DNA of 64,000 nt from an uncultured Thermoplasmata archaeon (GCA_964568665.1 CAZMPY010000005.1:64742-128741), one strand, 5' to 3'; counted from the first letter of the stretch, positions 52,700 to 63,735 are shown. Made by a program: numbers and translations. Notes: generated by a model from the letters alone, not told the origin.

Positions 52700-53271
52700 C
52701 CACGGTCCTGCTCATAGACAACTACGATTCTTTCGTCTACAACATCGCGCAGTACCTGGGGGAGCTCGGGGCGGATGTAGAGGTCAGGAGGAACGATTCA
52801 CCGGACCTCGACCGCCTGATCCCCACAGCGGACGGGTTCATCCTGTCCCCTGGACCGGGACACCCAAAGGACTCCGGACGGACGCTGGAGGTCGCCTCGA
52901 ACGACGGCTTCGGCAGGCCGGTCCTCGGGGTCTGCCTCGGCCACCAGGCAATAGCCTACGCCAACGGCGCGGCGGTCGGCAGGGCCGGACGCGTCGTGCA
53001 CGGGAAGGTCTCCAAGGTGCGCCACGTGCCCGACGATCTCTTCGAGAACGTGCCCGAGACGTTCAACGCGACCCGGTACCACTCGCTCGTCGTGCAACGC
53101 GAGGGTCTGCCGGCATCGATCCAAGTCACAGCCGAGACCGAGGCCGGGGAGATCATGGCCCTGCGCTTAGCGGGGAAGAAGGTCTTCGGCGTGCAGTTCC
53201 ACCCGGAATCGATCATGACCTCGTGCGGGAAGACAATCCTGTCCAACTTCCTCGGGATGTGCCGGAGATGA
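52696..53271 (+). CDS. trpG: anthranilate synthase component II (glutamine amidotransferase)
   Basis: LLIDNYDSFVYN, GVCLGHQAI, FGVQFHPES. ATGA overlap with trpE. Confidence 0.9.
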   Translation: MTTVLLIDNYDSFVYNIAQYLGELGADVEVRRNDSPDLDRLIPTADGFILSPGPGHPKDSGRTLEVASNDGFGRPVLGVCLGHQAIAYANGAAVGRAGRVVHGKVSKVRHVPDDLFENVPETFNATRYHSLVVQREGLPASIQVTAETEAGEIMALRLAGKKVFGVQFHPESIMTSCGKTILSNFLGMCRR

Positions 53272-55229
53272 TCCAGGACGCGATCCGCCAGATCGTCGGC
53301 GGGACGGACCTGTCAGAACAGGTGGCCACGGCAGCCATGTCCGAGATGATGGACGGCACCGCCACGCCCGCCCAGGTCGGCTCCTTCCTGACCGCCATGC
53401 GCATGAAGGGTGAGACCGAGCACGAGCTGCGCGGGTTCGCATCCGCGATGAGGCGGGGCGCGAGCAGGATATCGGCCCCCGAAGGCGCGGTCGACCTGTG
53501 CGGTACCGGAGGCGACGGCAGGAACACGATCAACATCAGCACGATCGCATCCTTCGTCGTCGCCGCGGCCGGGGTCCCGGTCGCGAAGCACGCCAACAGG
53601 GCCGTGTCGGGCAGGTCCGGCTCGGCCGATCTCATGGTCGCCCTGGGCATACCGCACGACCTGCCGCCGGCAGCTGTGCAGAGGTCGCTCGACGAGACCG
53701 GCTTCGGGTTCATGTTCGCACCGGTCTTCCACAGCTCGATGAGGAACGTCGCGGTCCACAGACGGGAGGTCGGGATACGGACCTTCTTCAACATTCTGGG
53801 GCCGATGACGAACCCCGCGGGCGTCAAGCGCCAGCTCATCGGGGTCTACGACCCGGCGATCGCACCCACCATGGCGAGGGCCATGATGGGCCTCGGCGCC
53901 ACGGATGTCATGATCGTCCACAGCCAAGGCCTTGACGAGCTGTCGAACCTGGGGGACACGCAGGTGACCGAACTCTCCGGCGGGAGCATCAGAGAGTACC
54001 GCGTCTCGCCCGGGATGTTCGGGCTCGACATGGCGGAGCCCAGGGACCTCATGGGCGGCGATCCCTCCGACAGCGCGAGAGCAACGCTCTCGATCATGAA
54101 GGGCGAGAGGTCCGCGAGGGCGGACGCCGTCGCACTCAACGCCGCCGCGGCGATATACGTCTCGGGGAAGTGCGGAGACCTACAGAAGGGGCTCGACATC
54201 GCGACCGGAGCGCTACGCAAAGGCCTGGCCCTCGAGAAGCTGAAGGAGTACGCGGCCGTCGCGAGGATGCTGGAATCTGAGAGACAGTCCGCAGAGCCCG
54301 TAGGGGTTCTCAACGGGAGGAAGACCCTCCCGGATGTGATCATGACGAGATGCGCGGAGATCGTCCACAGTCTCGCTGCGGAGGTCGCCTCACGCGACGG
54401 AGGAACCGAACTCCTCATGTCCCTCGATGCGGAGCTGACCGCAAACCCCGGCGTCATCAGCGTCCTCACGCTCAGACGGATCAGACACATCCTCACGGAC
54501 GACGGGCCGATGCCCGCCGACGGACGCAGGGCGAAGACCGGCTTCTCGGACGCGATCGGGTCCGCGGACGGCATCGCGGTCATAGCGGAGTACAAGCCGA
54601 CTTCACCGGGCGCGCGCCCGCTCCAGGTGCCACCCGACGTCAGGTCCGCAGCCGATGCATACTCACGCGCAGGCGTGGCGGCAGTGTCGGTCCTCGCGGA
54701 GCCCGAGTTCTTCGGAGGCGGCCCCGGCATATTCTCCGCGATGCGTTCCAGGATCACCCTTCCGATGCTCTACAAGGACTTCGTCGTGAGCGAGAAGCAG
54801 ATACGGCTCGCTGAGGCACTCGGGGCGGATGCGGTCCTGCTGATCGCGGATGTGCTCTCGACGGAGGCATTGGACACTCTGATAGGGGCCGTAGCCGCAA
54901 AGGGGATGGAACCGTTCGTGGAGCTCCACGACGGGAAGGACCTCAGGAAGCTCGCCGCATGCGCGAACGCGCGCTCGGTCGCGACGGTCGGGGTGAACAG
55001 CAGGGACCTGCGGACCCTGGAGATCGACCTCGCCCGCCAGCGGACTCTCGCGGAGCAGGTCCCGTCCGACTACCTCAAGGTCGCGGAGAGCGGGATGAGG
55101 TCTCCGGACGACCTCGAGCGGCTCGCTGGGTTCGACGCCGTCCTCATCGGATCGATGTTCATGCAGGCGAAGGACCTGGAAAACACCGTCACGGACACGG
55201 TGTCCGTCGCGAGGAGCGTGAGAGGATGA
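53268..55229 (+). CDS. trpD: fused anthranilate phosphoribosyltransferase / indole-3-glycerol-phosphate synthase (TrpD-TrpC)
   Basis: ATG at 53268 overlaps the trpG TGA. N-terminal half has [46 protein letters not shown]-terminal half has [48 protein letters not shown]. Confidence 0.85.
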   Translation: MIQDAIRQIVGGTDLSEQVATAAMSEMMDGTATPAQVGSFLTAMRMKGETEHELRGFASAMRRGASRISAPEGAVDLCGTGGDGRNTINISTIASFVVAAAGVPVAKHANRAVSGRSGSADLMVALGIPHDLPPAAVQRSLDETGFGFMFAPVFHSSMRNVAVHRREVGIRTFFNILGPMTNPAGVKRQLIGVYDPAIAPTMARAMMGLGATDVMIVHSQGLDELSNLGDTQVTELSGGSIREYRVSPGMFGLDMAEPRDLMGGDPSDSARATLSIMKGERSARADAVALNAAAAIYVSGKCGDLQKGLDIATGALRKGLALEKLKEYAAVARMLESERQSAEPVGVLNGRKTLPDVIMTRCAEIVHSLAAEVASRDGGTELLMSLDAELTANPGVISVLTLRRIRHILTDDGPMPADGRRAKTGFSDAIGSADGIAVIAEYKPTSPGARPLQVPPDVRSAADAYSRAGVAAVSVLAEPEFFGGGPGIFSAMRSRITLPMLYKDFVVSEKQIRLAEALGADAVLLIADVLSTEALDTLIGAVAAKGMEPFVELHDGKDLRKLAACANARSVATVGVNSRDLRTLEIDLARQRTLAEQVPSDYLKVAESGMRSPDDLERLAGFDAVLIGSMFMQAKDLENTVTDTVSVARSVRG

Positions 55230-55813
55230 AGGTCAAGATATGCGGGGTGACGAACCAGGAGGACGCCGTCCTGTGCGAGGAGTCGGGGGCGGACGCGATA
55301 GGTTTCGTGAACGTCCCTGGGAGGAAGCGGAGCATCGCCCTGGAGGATATCGCCGCGATATGCGCGACGCTCGGGCCTCTGACCGCGAAGGTCCTGGTGT
55401 GCGAGCCCGAGGACGAGGAGCAGGCGATAGGTATGTGCGACATGGCAGGCACGGACATCCTGCAGACCTACACGCTCTCACCCGAGCAGGTCTCAGCCGT
55501 GAGGAGCAGCGGATTCGGCGTCATAAGGGCCATCAAGCCCGACAGGGCGGAGGCGCTCCGCTACCGCGACTCCGCAGATGCGATACTGTTCGAAGGGGGC
55601 GTCCCCGGCAAGGGCGAGGAGTACGACTACTCCTCGATACCGATAGACGCGTGCCCGAGGGCGATCATCGCCGGAGGCCTTACCCCATCCAACCTGGACC
55701 GGGCGAAGAGCCTCGGGCCGTACGCGCTCGACGTCTCATCAGGCGTCGAGAGGACGCACGGGAGGAAGGACCCGGAACTGGTCCGCGATTTCATCAGGAG
55801 GTGCAAGGCTTGA
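55226..55813 (+). CDS. trpF: phosphoribosylanthranilate isomerase
   Basis: [14 protein letters not shown]...[12 protein letters not shown] overlap with the preceding gene. Confidence 0.85.
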   Translation: MKVKICGVTNQEDAVLCEESGADAIGFVNVPGRKRSIALEDIAAICATLGPLTAKVLVCEPEDEEQAIGMCDMAGTDILQTYTLSPEQVSAVRSSGFGVIRAIKPDRAEALRYRDSADAILFEGGVPGKGEEYDYSSIPIDACPRAIIAGGLTPSNLDRAKSLGPYALDVSSGVERTHGRKDPELVRDFIRRCKA

Positions 55814-56988
55814 GCAGAGTAGGTTACTTCGGAGCCTTCGGAGGGTCCTACGTCCCCGAGGTGCTGGTCAGCGCGTTGACGGAACTCGACAAGGAATACG
55901 CCCGCATATCGACGGACAAAGGCTTCGCAGACGAGCTCTCTCATCTCCTGTCCACGTACGCGGGGAGGCCCACGCCCCTGTACCACGCGAGACGCCTGAC
56001 CGAGAAGGCCGGTGGCGCTGCGATATACCTCAAGAGGGAGGACCTGGCCCACACCGGGTCGCACAAGATCAACAACGCGCTCGGCCAGGCGCTGCTCGCC
56101 AAGCGGATGGGCAAGACCCGAGTCATTGCCGAGACAGGGGCTGGGCAGCACGGCGTGGCCACCGCGACTGCCTGCGCACTCATGGGCATCGAGTGCGAGG
56201 TCTACATGGGCGAGGTCGATGTCGCGAGGCAGAGGCTGAACTGCTACCGGATGGAGCTCCTGGGGGCGAAGGTCAACCCCGTGAGGACCGGCTCGCGCAC
56301 GCTCAAGGACGCCATAAACGAGGCGCTCAGGGACTACGCCGCCTCGAGCGGACACACTCACTATCTCATCGGGAGCGTCGTCGGACCGCACCCGTATCCG
56401 TCGATGGTCCGAGACTTCCAGTCGGTCATCGGGCGGGAGGCCAAGGAGCAGTTCGCGAAGGCGACGGGGAGGCTACCCGACGCTCTCGTGGCGTGCGTCG
56501 GCGGAGGGAGCAACTCCATCGGGCTGTTCCATCCGTTCGCCTCCGATACCGGCGTCAGGATGTACGGCGTCGAGGCAGGGGGAGAGGGGGTACACACGGG
56601 GAAGCACTCGGCCAGCGTCGTCGGGGGAAGCGAGGGGGTCCTCCACGGCTCGAGGACGCTCCTGCTGCAGAACGACGATGGCCAGATCCTGGAGACGCAT
56701 TCGGTCGCAGCCGGTCTCGACTACGCCGCCGTCGGGCCCGAGCACTCGTTCCTAGCTTCGACGGGCAGGGCGAAGTACTCTGCAGTCGACGATACTGAAG
56801 CGCTCGCAGCGTTCAGGCTCCTGTCAGAGACCGAGGGCATCATCCCCGCCCTCGAGAGCGCCCATGCGATAGCCTTCGCGGTGAGGCTCGCGAAGGAGAT
56901 GCGCAAGGACGAGGCGATCATAGTGAATCTGTCCGGGAGAGGCGACAAGGACGTCGCCCAGATCGCCGAGATGGAGGGAGCGAGATGA
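55810..56988 (+). CDS. trpB: tryptophan synthase beta chain
   Basis: [33 protein letters not shown]. Start proposed at TTG 55810, overlapping the trpF TGA (TTGA). Alternative is GTG 55801. Confidence 0.9.
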   Translation: MSRVGYFGAFGGSYVPEVLVSALTELDKEYARISTDKGFADELSHLLSTYAGRPTPLYHARRLTEKAGGAAIYLKREDLAHTGSHKINNALGQALLAKRMGKTRVIAETGAGQHGVATATACALMGIECEVYMGEVDVARQRLNCYRMELLGAKVNPVRTGSRTLKDAINEALRDYAASSGHTHYLIGSVVGPHPYPSMVRDFQSVIGREAKEQFAKATGRLPDALVACVGGGSNSIGLFHPFASDTGVRMYGVEAGGEGVHTGKHSASVVGGSEGVLHGSRTLLLQNDDGQILETHSVAAGLDYAAVGPEHSFLASTGRAKYSAVDDTEALAAFRLLSETEGIIPALESAHAIAFAVRLAKEMRKDEAIIVNLSGRGDKDVAQIAEMEGAR

Positions 56989-57842
56989 GCAGGATAGCAG
57001 GGGCCTTCGAGGCGCTCGCGAGGAATCAGGAGGCAGCATACATACCGTACGTGTGCGCGGGTGACCCGGACAAGGATTTCACGGTCGACCTGGTGTCACG
57101 ACTCTGCTCGTCAGGGGCGGACCTAGTCGAGCTCGGCCTGCCGTTCTCGGATCCCGTCGGGGACGGCCCGACGATCCAGGAGGCGATGGGGCGCGCGCTG
57201 TCGAACGGCTTCGAGGTCAAGCATATCTTCGATGTCATCAGACGTATCCGAGCGAAACAGCTCGCCCAGCCGATCGTCATCATGAGCTACTTCAACCCGA
57301 TACTGCGCTACGGCATCGGGCGGTTCTGCGAGGACATGGCACATGCAGGAGCGGATGGCATTCTTGTCGTCGACCTGCCCCTCGAAGAGTCCGGAGAGCT
57401 GGACGGGCACGCGAGGGCGAACGGGCTGGACGTGATCAGGCTCGTCGCTCCGACGACGAGCGCTCAGAGGATGGAACGGATCCTCGCCTCCGCGTCGGGG
57501 TTCGTGTACGCCGTCTCCGCATCGGGTGTGACGGGGGCGAAGAGGGCGATGCCGGAGTCCGCGGCCGCGCTCCTCCGCGACCTCAAGACGAGGACGAAGG
57601 TGCCGATCATACTCGGTTTCGGGATTTCTTCCCCTGCCCATATCGAGGAGGCTGTCCGCAAGGGCGCGTCAGGCGTCGTGGAAGGGTCGGCGCTGGTCGA
57701 CATCTATGTTGAGAACCTGCACGATAGACAGCAGGCCATCGATCACGCGGCGAGGCACGCCCGGACCATGAAGAATGCGACGAGGACTGGCGCCGACCAG
57801 CGCCTATCCGGCGATGACGCAAGCCCCACGAAACAAGCGTAG
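56985..57842 (+). CDS. trpA: tryptophan synthase alpha chain
   Basis: [41 protein letters not shown] overlap with trpB. Confidence 0.9.
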   Translation: MSRIAGAFEALARNQEAAYIPYVCAGDPDKDFTVDLVSRLCSSGADLVELGLPFSDPVGDGPTIQEAMGRALSNGFEVKHIFDVIRRIRAKQLAQPIVIMSYFNPILRYGIGRFCEDMAHAGADGILVVDLPLEESGELDGHARANGLDVIRLVAPTTSAQRMERILASASGFVYAVSASGVTGAKRAMPESAAALLRDLKTRTKVPIILGFGISSPAHIEEAVRKGASGVVEGSALVDIYVENLHDRQQAIDHAARHARTMKNATRTGADQRLSGDDASPTKQA

Positions 57843-57867
57843 ATCGAAGACCCCTGCCGAAGAACGC

Positions 57868-58359
57868 CTACAACGACACGACGACCTTGTCGGATCTCTT
57901 CCCTGTCATGAGATCGATGTCGATGCGCCCGATATTGACACGCATGAGGGACTCGTCGGTGACCTGCTCCTCCGTGACCTTGCCCGGGTCCCTCTCGTTC
58001 TTCCGGATCATGGTCTCGAAGGCATGGCGCTTCTCCCCGATGTCCTGGACGAACGTGACCTTGCCGCGGAACTGCGTCGTCTCGTAGAGGTGGTCGCAGC
58101 GGCCGTCGGCGTAGCCGAGGTCGACGAGCGCCTGGCCCCAGACCCGCCCATCGCGCTTGAGCGCATCGACCTTCCGTCCGTCCTGGGCGCAGTGGAAGTA
58201 GATGGCGTTCCTCTCTGCGTCGAAGCCGTGGGTCAAGGTCGCGAGGTAAGGTCCGTCTTCGTCGCACATCGCGATCGTGACGTACCTCGCGGCCTCGAGC
58301 ACCCAGACCATCTCCGCTCGGTCCGTGACCTCCTTCTCCTTCCGCCTCATTCCATTCAT
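57868..58359 (-). CDS. pyridoxamine 5'-phosphate oxidase-family (NimA-like) flavoprotein
   Basis: RRKEKEVTDRAEM..VLEAA.Y..IAM.DEDGPY..TL.HGF....IYFHCA..GRK is a typical PNPOx-like fold signature. Confidence 0.8.
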   Translation of the reverse strand: MNGMRRKEKEVTDRAEMVWVLEAARYVTIAMCDEDGPYLATLTHGFDAERNAIYFHCAQDGRKVDALKRDGRVWGQALVDLGYADGRCDHLYETTQFRGKVTFVQDIGEKRHAFETMIRKNERDPGKVTEEQVTDESLMRVNIGRIDIDLMTGKRSDKVVVSL

Positions 58360-58509
58360 CGGAACCGACCCTGTCGCGGATGGCTAATGGCATCACGTGA
58401 TAGTCATCCTTTCTGCGCAGTGGACCACGCCAGAGCACGATCTGCGTTCGCCAATGAACCGAAATACTTATCACCGAGTTGCCGCCATTCCCCTTGGGTA
58501 TCTGGTGGG

Positions 58510-59964
58510 ATGATGGGCGGGGCTCGAAAGCTGAAGAGACGAGTGCTTGCACTCATTGTCGTCGTCCCGGTGATTGTCTTCGCGGCACTATCCGCAGTCA
58601 ACGTCTCGGCGATAGGTGATTGGGCTCTCAGGGACGTCTTCTCGACATCTGGAATCCATGAATCGTTCGATTCCGCCCTCGACCCGAGCGGGAACATCCA
58701 CATCGCATACATAGGAGGATCTACCGGTTTCTACGGCCTTCACCACGCAGTCCAGTCCGGGGATGACTGGGATATTACCAGGGTAGCCGTCGCCAACATC
58801 TATGACAGCGGGCCATCCATCGCCATCGACCCCATGGGCCATGTCTATATCACATGGACGAAGGCGACAGACCGGTTCAGCGACCAGCCCAGCGCGTTGG
58901 GCTTCGCGACAGACAGAAACGGGGCGTGGGAAGTCGAGATGATGACCTGGGAGCACGATCTGGGCAGATCGGTGATAGAACTCGACCAGGACTCGGTCCC
59001 ACACATCATGGTCTCCGACTACTGGTTTGAAACAATCTCCAATTCCACAGATAGTTACCAGCGCTCCAGCGTCACGCACATGACACTGGGAGAGGATGGA
59101 TGGGAAGATGAGGTCGTCAGGCAGCTCGACGCTAATGTCCGGACCTACCATACCGTGTACGCGATGGACATCGCTGCCGACGGGACCATCCATGCGGTCA
59201 TCGGGGAGAAGGTGTGCGACCTATCTGGGGCGAACCGTGTGACATACCTTAACGACACATGGTCTTCCGGCGATGTGTGGATGACAGCAAACATTGACTC
59301 TGACTCATCGATCGGTTACATCTTGTGGGGGGCATCTGTCGCAGTGGATGGAGATGGGAGCGTCAAGATACCGTACTACGATTATGACGACACGACTTCG
59401 ACATATCTGATGAACCTCGCCACCGTCCGAGGGGACACGATCGGCACCACGCACCTCGGGACTGCGGGGAACGCTGAAGGGCCCCACGCCAGCAGCATAT
59501 GTCTGGGTACTGACGGCACACTGGATGTCGCATACTACGCCACCAACTTCTCCCAGGCAGATTCGACCTACAATCAAACGCTTGTCTACTTCACGGACGA
59601 GGGGGGCGAGTGGTCGTCGACCGAGATCGAGTGCAGCGACGGTCTGTCGGTCACGATGACGGCGGGAGTCTCGATTCACAACCTGGGCGGACCTCTAATA
59701 GTCTATGCGAGGGCGGAGAGTACGGAGCCACATTCGGACGGATACTACATCACGCTCGCCACAGTGACCGACAAGGGGGATGCGACGATCTCCGCTGTCG
59801 TGACCGCGGGAATGTCCACACTCCCCGTCGCGGCGGTCGCCGCGACAATCATCGCTCTGCTCATGCTGGGTCCCGCCACTATCCATGCGCAGGAAGAATG
59901 GCGCAAGAAGAAGGACGTCGAGTACCTGCAGAAAAGCCTGTCGGACGAGCTGAAAAGGCCCTGA
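58510..59964 (+). CDS. repeat-containing (probable beta-propeller) surface protein with C-terminal TM anchor
   Basis: ATG at 58510 inside ORF 57775..59964. Signal anchor LALIVVVPVIVFAAL. Recurrent G.(I/V)H(I/V).Y-type blades (GNIHIAY, GHVYITW, VPHIMVS, GTIHAVI, GSVKIPY, GTLDVAY). C-terminal TM segment LPVAAVAATIIALLML. Confidence 0.65.
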   Translation: MMGGARKLKRRVLALIVVVPVIVFAALSAVNVSAIGDWALRDVFSTSGIHESFDSALDPSGNIHIAYIGGSTGFYGLHHAVQSGDDWDITRVAVANIYDSGPSIAIDPMGHVYITWTKATDRFSDQPSALGFATDRNGAWEVEMMTWEHDLGRSVIELDQDSVPHIMVSDYWFETISNSTDSYQRSSVTHMTLGEDGWEDEVVRQLDANVRTYHTVYAMDIAADGTIHAVIGEKVCDLSGANRVTYLNDTWSSGDVWMTANIDSDSSIGYILWGASVAVDGDGSVKIPYYDYDDTTSTYLMNLATVRGDTIGTTHLGTAGNAEGPHASSICLGTDGTLDVAYYATNFSQADSTYNQTLVYFTDEGGEWSSTEIECSDGLSVTMTAGVSIHNLGGPLIVYARAESTEPHSDGYYITLATVTDKGDATISAVVTAGMSTLPVAAVAATIIALLMLGPATIHAQEEWRKKKDVEYLQKSLSDELKRP

Positions 59965-59974
59965 CCGAATCCTC

Positions 59975-61093
59975 TCAGACGACCTCCAGGACACACGACG
60001 CCATCCCACCAATCAGGTCATGGTAATCGTAAGCCGGATAGTCCTTCCACACATCGAGCGAGCCTGACACCAGACCGCTTGCGGTCATGTCGAACGAGTA
60101 CGTGCCCGGGTTCTTGCACGCGCAGACCTCCCAGGATAGCGTGACCGACTGGCCCGCGACGAACGTGCCGATGGCAGACAGGTCGGGCGTCTTGCACACG
60201 TTCAACCCGGTCGTCGTCGTCAGCACCGCACCGAACGCCTCGATCGGGGAGGCCGGGAACGCATCCGTTCCGAACGGGGCGATGCACGGGTACCCGACCG
60301 TCGCCGTCACCTGGAACTTCTCCCCGGCGACCACCGTGCTCGGAGCCGCTATCTCGACATCCCACGGGGCGCAGAACACACCGCCGTACATCATGCCGGG
60401 AACGCCCCACTTGGTCGTGTCGCAGGTCCATGTGTCCAGGAAGTCCTCGTACGTCCACTTGATCGGGACGAAGTCCGTGTCCCACGCGTTCACGCTCGCG
60501 GACTGCGATGTGGAGCCCTGGTAGTCCTGGTCCATCTTGAACTCCCTCGACCATCCGTCGTTGATGAGCAGGACCCCCTCGGCATCGTCGTACCCGACGA
60601 CCACGCGGTAGTGGTCGCCGCTGTACCAGCCCGGCAGCCAGTAGACCAGCACGATGACCGGGTACCCCTGGTCGAGGATCTGCTTCATCTCGTCCAGCCA
60701 AGGCGTGGTCGAAGCGTAGAAGAACCCGGCGTAGCCCAGGTCCCTCCCGGTGTATCCCGTGACGACCGAGTTCGGCCATCTGCTGCCCACGGTTGTGCTG
60801 AGTGAGCTGAACTGGGCCGCCCTGGCCATGTCGGGAAGGGCGGTCCCGCCGCTCCTCGCAGCGTTGTATATCTCCTTCTGGTCGATGAACTCCCCCCAGT
60901 AGTCGAACACCATCTGCAGGGACACCGCCCCGCAGCCTTTGGCATCGATCTGCTGATAGAGCGGCACCCCGTCGATGAACGCGCTCGCCGGCAGGACCTC
61001 CGCACCGGCCGACGGGACGACCATCATCGCGACTGCGCCTAGACACAAGACGAAAGCGAATCCCCTAGCTCTCCCCGAAGCGAGCAAACGCAT
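59975..61093 (-). CDS. secreted peptidase C39-like (C39_2) domain protein with C-terminal Ig-like domain
   Basis: ATG at 61093. Signal peptide. PLYQQIDAKGCGAVSLQMVFDYWG (Cys) and GDHYRVVVGYDD (His). Confidence 0.75.
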   Translation of the reverse strand: MRLLASGRARGFAFVLCLGAVAMMVVPSAGAEVLPASAFIDGVPLYQQIDAKGCGAVSLQMVFDYWGEFIDQKEIYNAARSGGTALPDMARAAQFSSLSTTVGSRWPNSVVTGYTGRDLGYAGFFYASTTPWLDEMKQILDQGYPVIVLVYWLPGWYSGDHYRVVVGYDDAEGVLLINDGWSREFKMDQDYQGSTSQSASVNAWDTDFVPIKWTYEDFLDTWTCDTTKWGVPGMMYGGVFCAPWDVEIAAPSTVVAGEKFQVTATVGYPCIAPFGTDAFPASPIEAFGAVLTTTTGLNVCKTPDLSAIGTFVAGQSVTLSWEVCACKNPGTYSFDMTASGLVSGSLDVWKDYPAYDYHDLIGGMASCVLEVV

Positions 61094-61271
61094 GCTCTCC
61101 CCCCACTGCCAGAACCGTTCGGCCCCGCCGAATGGTGAATCGAGGTGCGCGTACATAAAGGGCCTCCCGACGACCGGCCCTCAGCGTTCGACACCCGCCA
61201 AGAACGAGCGGCCATCTGGTCCTAGGCAAACCTCATATCCGGCCTCCTGCTTCCGAGCCACAGGGACATGT

Positions 61272-61811
61272 ATGCTCAAGGGACACAAGGTCAACCTGGC
61301 GATCGTCGAGAAGATCGACCTGCCCGTGCTCAAGGATTGGGGGAACGACGTCGACTTCGTCGGCGAGTTCGAACCGTTCTCCCAAGCGTCCCTGAGCGAC
61401 CTCGAGAAACAGTACGACGCCAGGGGGGACACGCAGTGGTTCCTCGTCCAGAAGAAGAACGGCACCCGCATAGGCTACATGGGCCACTTCAAGTCCAAGG
61501 ACTGCATGGCGATAGGGTACATGCTGGTCGGAAAGGAGAGGGGGAAGGGCTACGGCAGCGAGGCCGTGCAGATCATGGTCGACTACCTGTTCCTCCACAA
61601 GGACATCGTCCGCATACAGGCGGAGACGCACCCTGACAACAAGGCGTCCCAGAGGGTCCTGGAGAAGGCAGGCTTCTCGAAGGAGGGCATCATCCGCAGG
61701 TCCTTCTTCAGCAGGGGCGCGTACAGGGACACCGCGATGTACAGCATCCTCAGGGACGAATGGAAGCAGCCGAGGATACTCCCGCTCGGGCACGCGTCGC
61801 GCAAGAACTAG
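61272..61811 (+). CDS. GNAT-family N-acetyltransferase (RimJ/RimL-like)
   Basis: ATG at 61272 within ORF 60975..61811. ERGKGYGSEAVQIMVDYLF, AETHPDNKASQRVLEKAGFSKEG. Confidence 0.85.
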   Translation: MLKGHKVNLAIVEKIDLPVLKDWGNDVDFVGEFEPFSQASLSDLEKQYDARGDTQWFLVQKKNGTRIGYMGHFKSKDCMAIGYMLVGKERGKGYGSEAVQIMVDYLFLHKDIVRIQAETHPDNKASQRVLEKAGFSKEGIIRRSFFSRGAYRDTAMYSILRDEWKQPRILPLGHASRKN

Positions 61812-61940
61812 CAGCCCACATGACGAATGACCGGCCCGCGTGCCACAAGAGATATGACCGGTGATGACGATTCCAGTCCCTCGGGGGGGAGCTCGCTGGC
61901 TGCTTTCGGGAGATACAGTGTGAGCATCGGACCGCGGGGT

Positions 61941-62945
61941 ATGATCGCGAGACTGGTCCCGCTGGCCGTCGTGATGATGATCGTGGGGATGTCAGTGCCC
62001 GCCGAGCTGGGCGCAGGCGCTGGCGAGACTTATGTCGTGGTCGCCGTGAGCGATACCTGCGGGGAGCATTTCCCCAAGGAGCTCTCGGACAGGGACCAGT
62101 ACGACAAGGTGGCCGACCTGATCGACGCCATGGACACGGAGTACCTCCTGGCCGCAGGCGACCTCCAGCACGACTTCGGGGTCCTCGAAGATTATCTGAC
62201 GTACTACGATAGCGAGTTCGGCAGGCTCAGGGACATCACATACCCCATACCCGGGAACCACGACTACTACTGGGACGCCGAGCAGTACCAGGAGCACAAC
62301 AACCCGTGGTCCTCGTCGAACGGCTCCGGGTTCCTTGACTACTTCAGCGACAGGCTGGAACAGATCAGCACGGACCCGGCCACACTCGAGTACTCCTACT
62401 ACTCGTTCGACATAGGGACGAACTGGCACGTGATCGCCCTCAACTCCATCATCGCAATCGACTACAACTACACCGAGATCGGCTCGCCGGCATACCTCCA
62501 GTACGAGTGGCTCAAACAGGATCTGGCGGAACACCCGAACGACCGGTTCCGCGGGACGATAGCCTACTTCCACCACCCACTGTTCGACTGGGAGCTCCCG
62601 CCCTCCGACATGTGGCCCAGCCTCGAGCTCATACCCATCTGGGAACTGCTCGACGAGAGCGGGGTCGACATCGTGATCAACGGCCACGCCCACAACTACC
62701 AGCGCTGGGCACCCCAGGACGCCTACGGGAACTACAAGGAGGACGGCATCCGGCAGTACATCGTCGGCGCAGGCGGCTACTACACGAACAACCTCGGCAA
62801 GCCGCCGCAGCCCGCGAACTTCGACTGGGGGCAGGACAGCGAGTTCGGGGTGCTGAAGCTCACGCTCCTGGATGACAGCTACGCGTTCGAATACATCTCC
62901 ATATCTGGGGAGGTGCTGGACAGCGGCGAGGTCCCGCTCTACTGA
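61941..62945 (+). CDS. exported calcineurin-like metallophosphoesterase
   Basis: VAVSDTCGEH, AAGDLQHD, PGNHDY, FHHP, NGHAHNYQR. ATG at 61941 gives a signal-like N-terminus. Alternatives are 61827 and 61854. Confidence 0.8.
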   Translation: MIARLVPLAVVMMIVGMSVPAELGAGAGETYVVVAVSDTCGEHFPKELSDRDQYDKVADLIDAMDTEYLLAAGDLQHDFGVLEDYLTYYDSEFGRLRDITYPIPGNHDYYWDAEQYQEHNNPWSSSNGSGFLDYFSDRLEQISTDPATLEYSYYSFDIGTNWHVIALNSIIAIDYNYTEIGSPAYLQYEWLKQDLAEHPNDRFRGTIAYFHHPLFDWELPPSDMWPSLELIPIWELLDESGVDIVINGHAHNYQRWAPQDAYGNYKEDGIRQYIVGAGGYYTNNLGKPPQPANFDWGQDSEFGVLKLTLLDDSYAFEYISISGEVLDSGEVPLY

Positions 62946-63022
62946 TCTGATACGGCACGACCCCAGGGAACCTCCCGAAGGCCTTTATACGCGGCCCGGG
63001 GATTCCTGGGGAGGCTGGGAAC

Positions 63023-63709
63023 ATGTCGAACTGTCCATCGTGCGGGACTCTGGCGGTAGAAGGCGCTGCATTCTGCAGCAAGTGCGGGGCGAGGGTGGAT
63101 GCCCGGATGACGCCGCCCCCGGGGGCCGCGCATAACGTGCTATGGTATCAGAACTTCTACCGGATCCGGAAGAAGGTCCTGGCCATCGCGAACCAGTACT
63201 CGATCGAGGACGTCCAGGGGTCCGTCATCGGATACTCGAAGCAGAAAATCCTCGCGATCAGGGAGAACATCAAGGTGTTCACCGACGACAGCATGACGAC
63301 CGAGCTCTTCCGGATACAGCAGGAGCAGGTCATGGACATGTGGGGGACCTTCGCGGTCGTCGACTCCGCGACGGGCACGTGCGTCGGCAAGCTGCGCAGG
63401 CAGGCGCTGAAATCCGGACTCTACAAGGATGAGTACCTTCTCCTGGACGCCTACGGGCAGGCCGTGGGCAAGGTCGCGGAGCGCGCCGGCAGGGGCCTGG
63501 CGAGGAAGTACATCCCGCTCGGCAATCTCGTGCCCGAGCAGCTCGTGATCGAGTTCCAGGGACAGCAGGTGGCCGAGATCAAGCAGCAGTTCAAGATCAT
63601 CGGGGACATCTGGGAGGTAGACTGCTCCCGGATACCGCAATCGTTCGACAGGCGCACCCTGATCTCCTGCATGCTGCTGATGGGCATGATCGAGCGCGAC
63701 CGGAAGTGA
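63023..63709 (+). CDS. N-terminal zinc ribbon fused to a LURP-one-related/scramblase-like (tubby-fold) domain
   Basis: CPSCG..CSKCG, then YRIRKKVLAIANQYSIEDVQGSVIGYSKQKILAIRENIKVF..., a pattern recalled for the LOR/DUF567 family. Confidence 0.6.
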   Translation: MSNCPSCGTLAVEGAAFCSKCGARVDARMTPPPGAAHNVLWYQNFYRIRKKVLAIANQYSIEDVQGSVIGYSKQKILAIRENIKVFTDDSMTTELFRIQQEQVMDMWGTFAVVDSATGTCVGKLRRQALKSGLYKDEYLLLDAYGQAVGKVAERAGRGLARKYIPLGNLVPEQLVIEFQGQQVAEIKQQFKIIGDIWEVDCSRIPQSFDRRTLISCMLLMGMIERDRK

Positions 63710-63735
63710 ACCTCAAGCCAAGGTCCAAATAGCGC

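Noticed and set aside
54959-58509. Long N-terminal extensions offered by the ORF track for trpF (54959), trpB (55240) and the propeller protein (57775)
   Set aside because: The extensions overlap upstream genes in other frames and are Arg/Gly/Pro-rich. Family-typical N-termini begin at 55226, 55810 and 58510.
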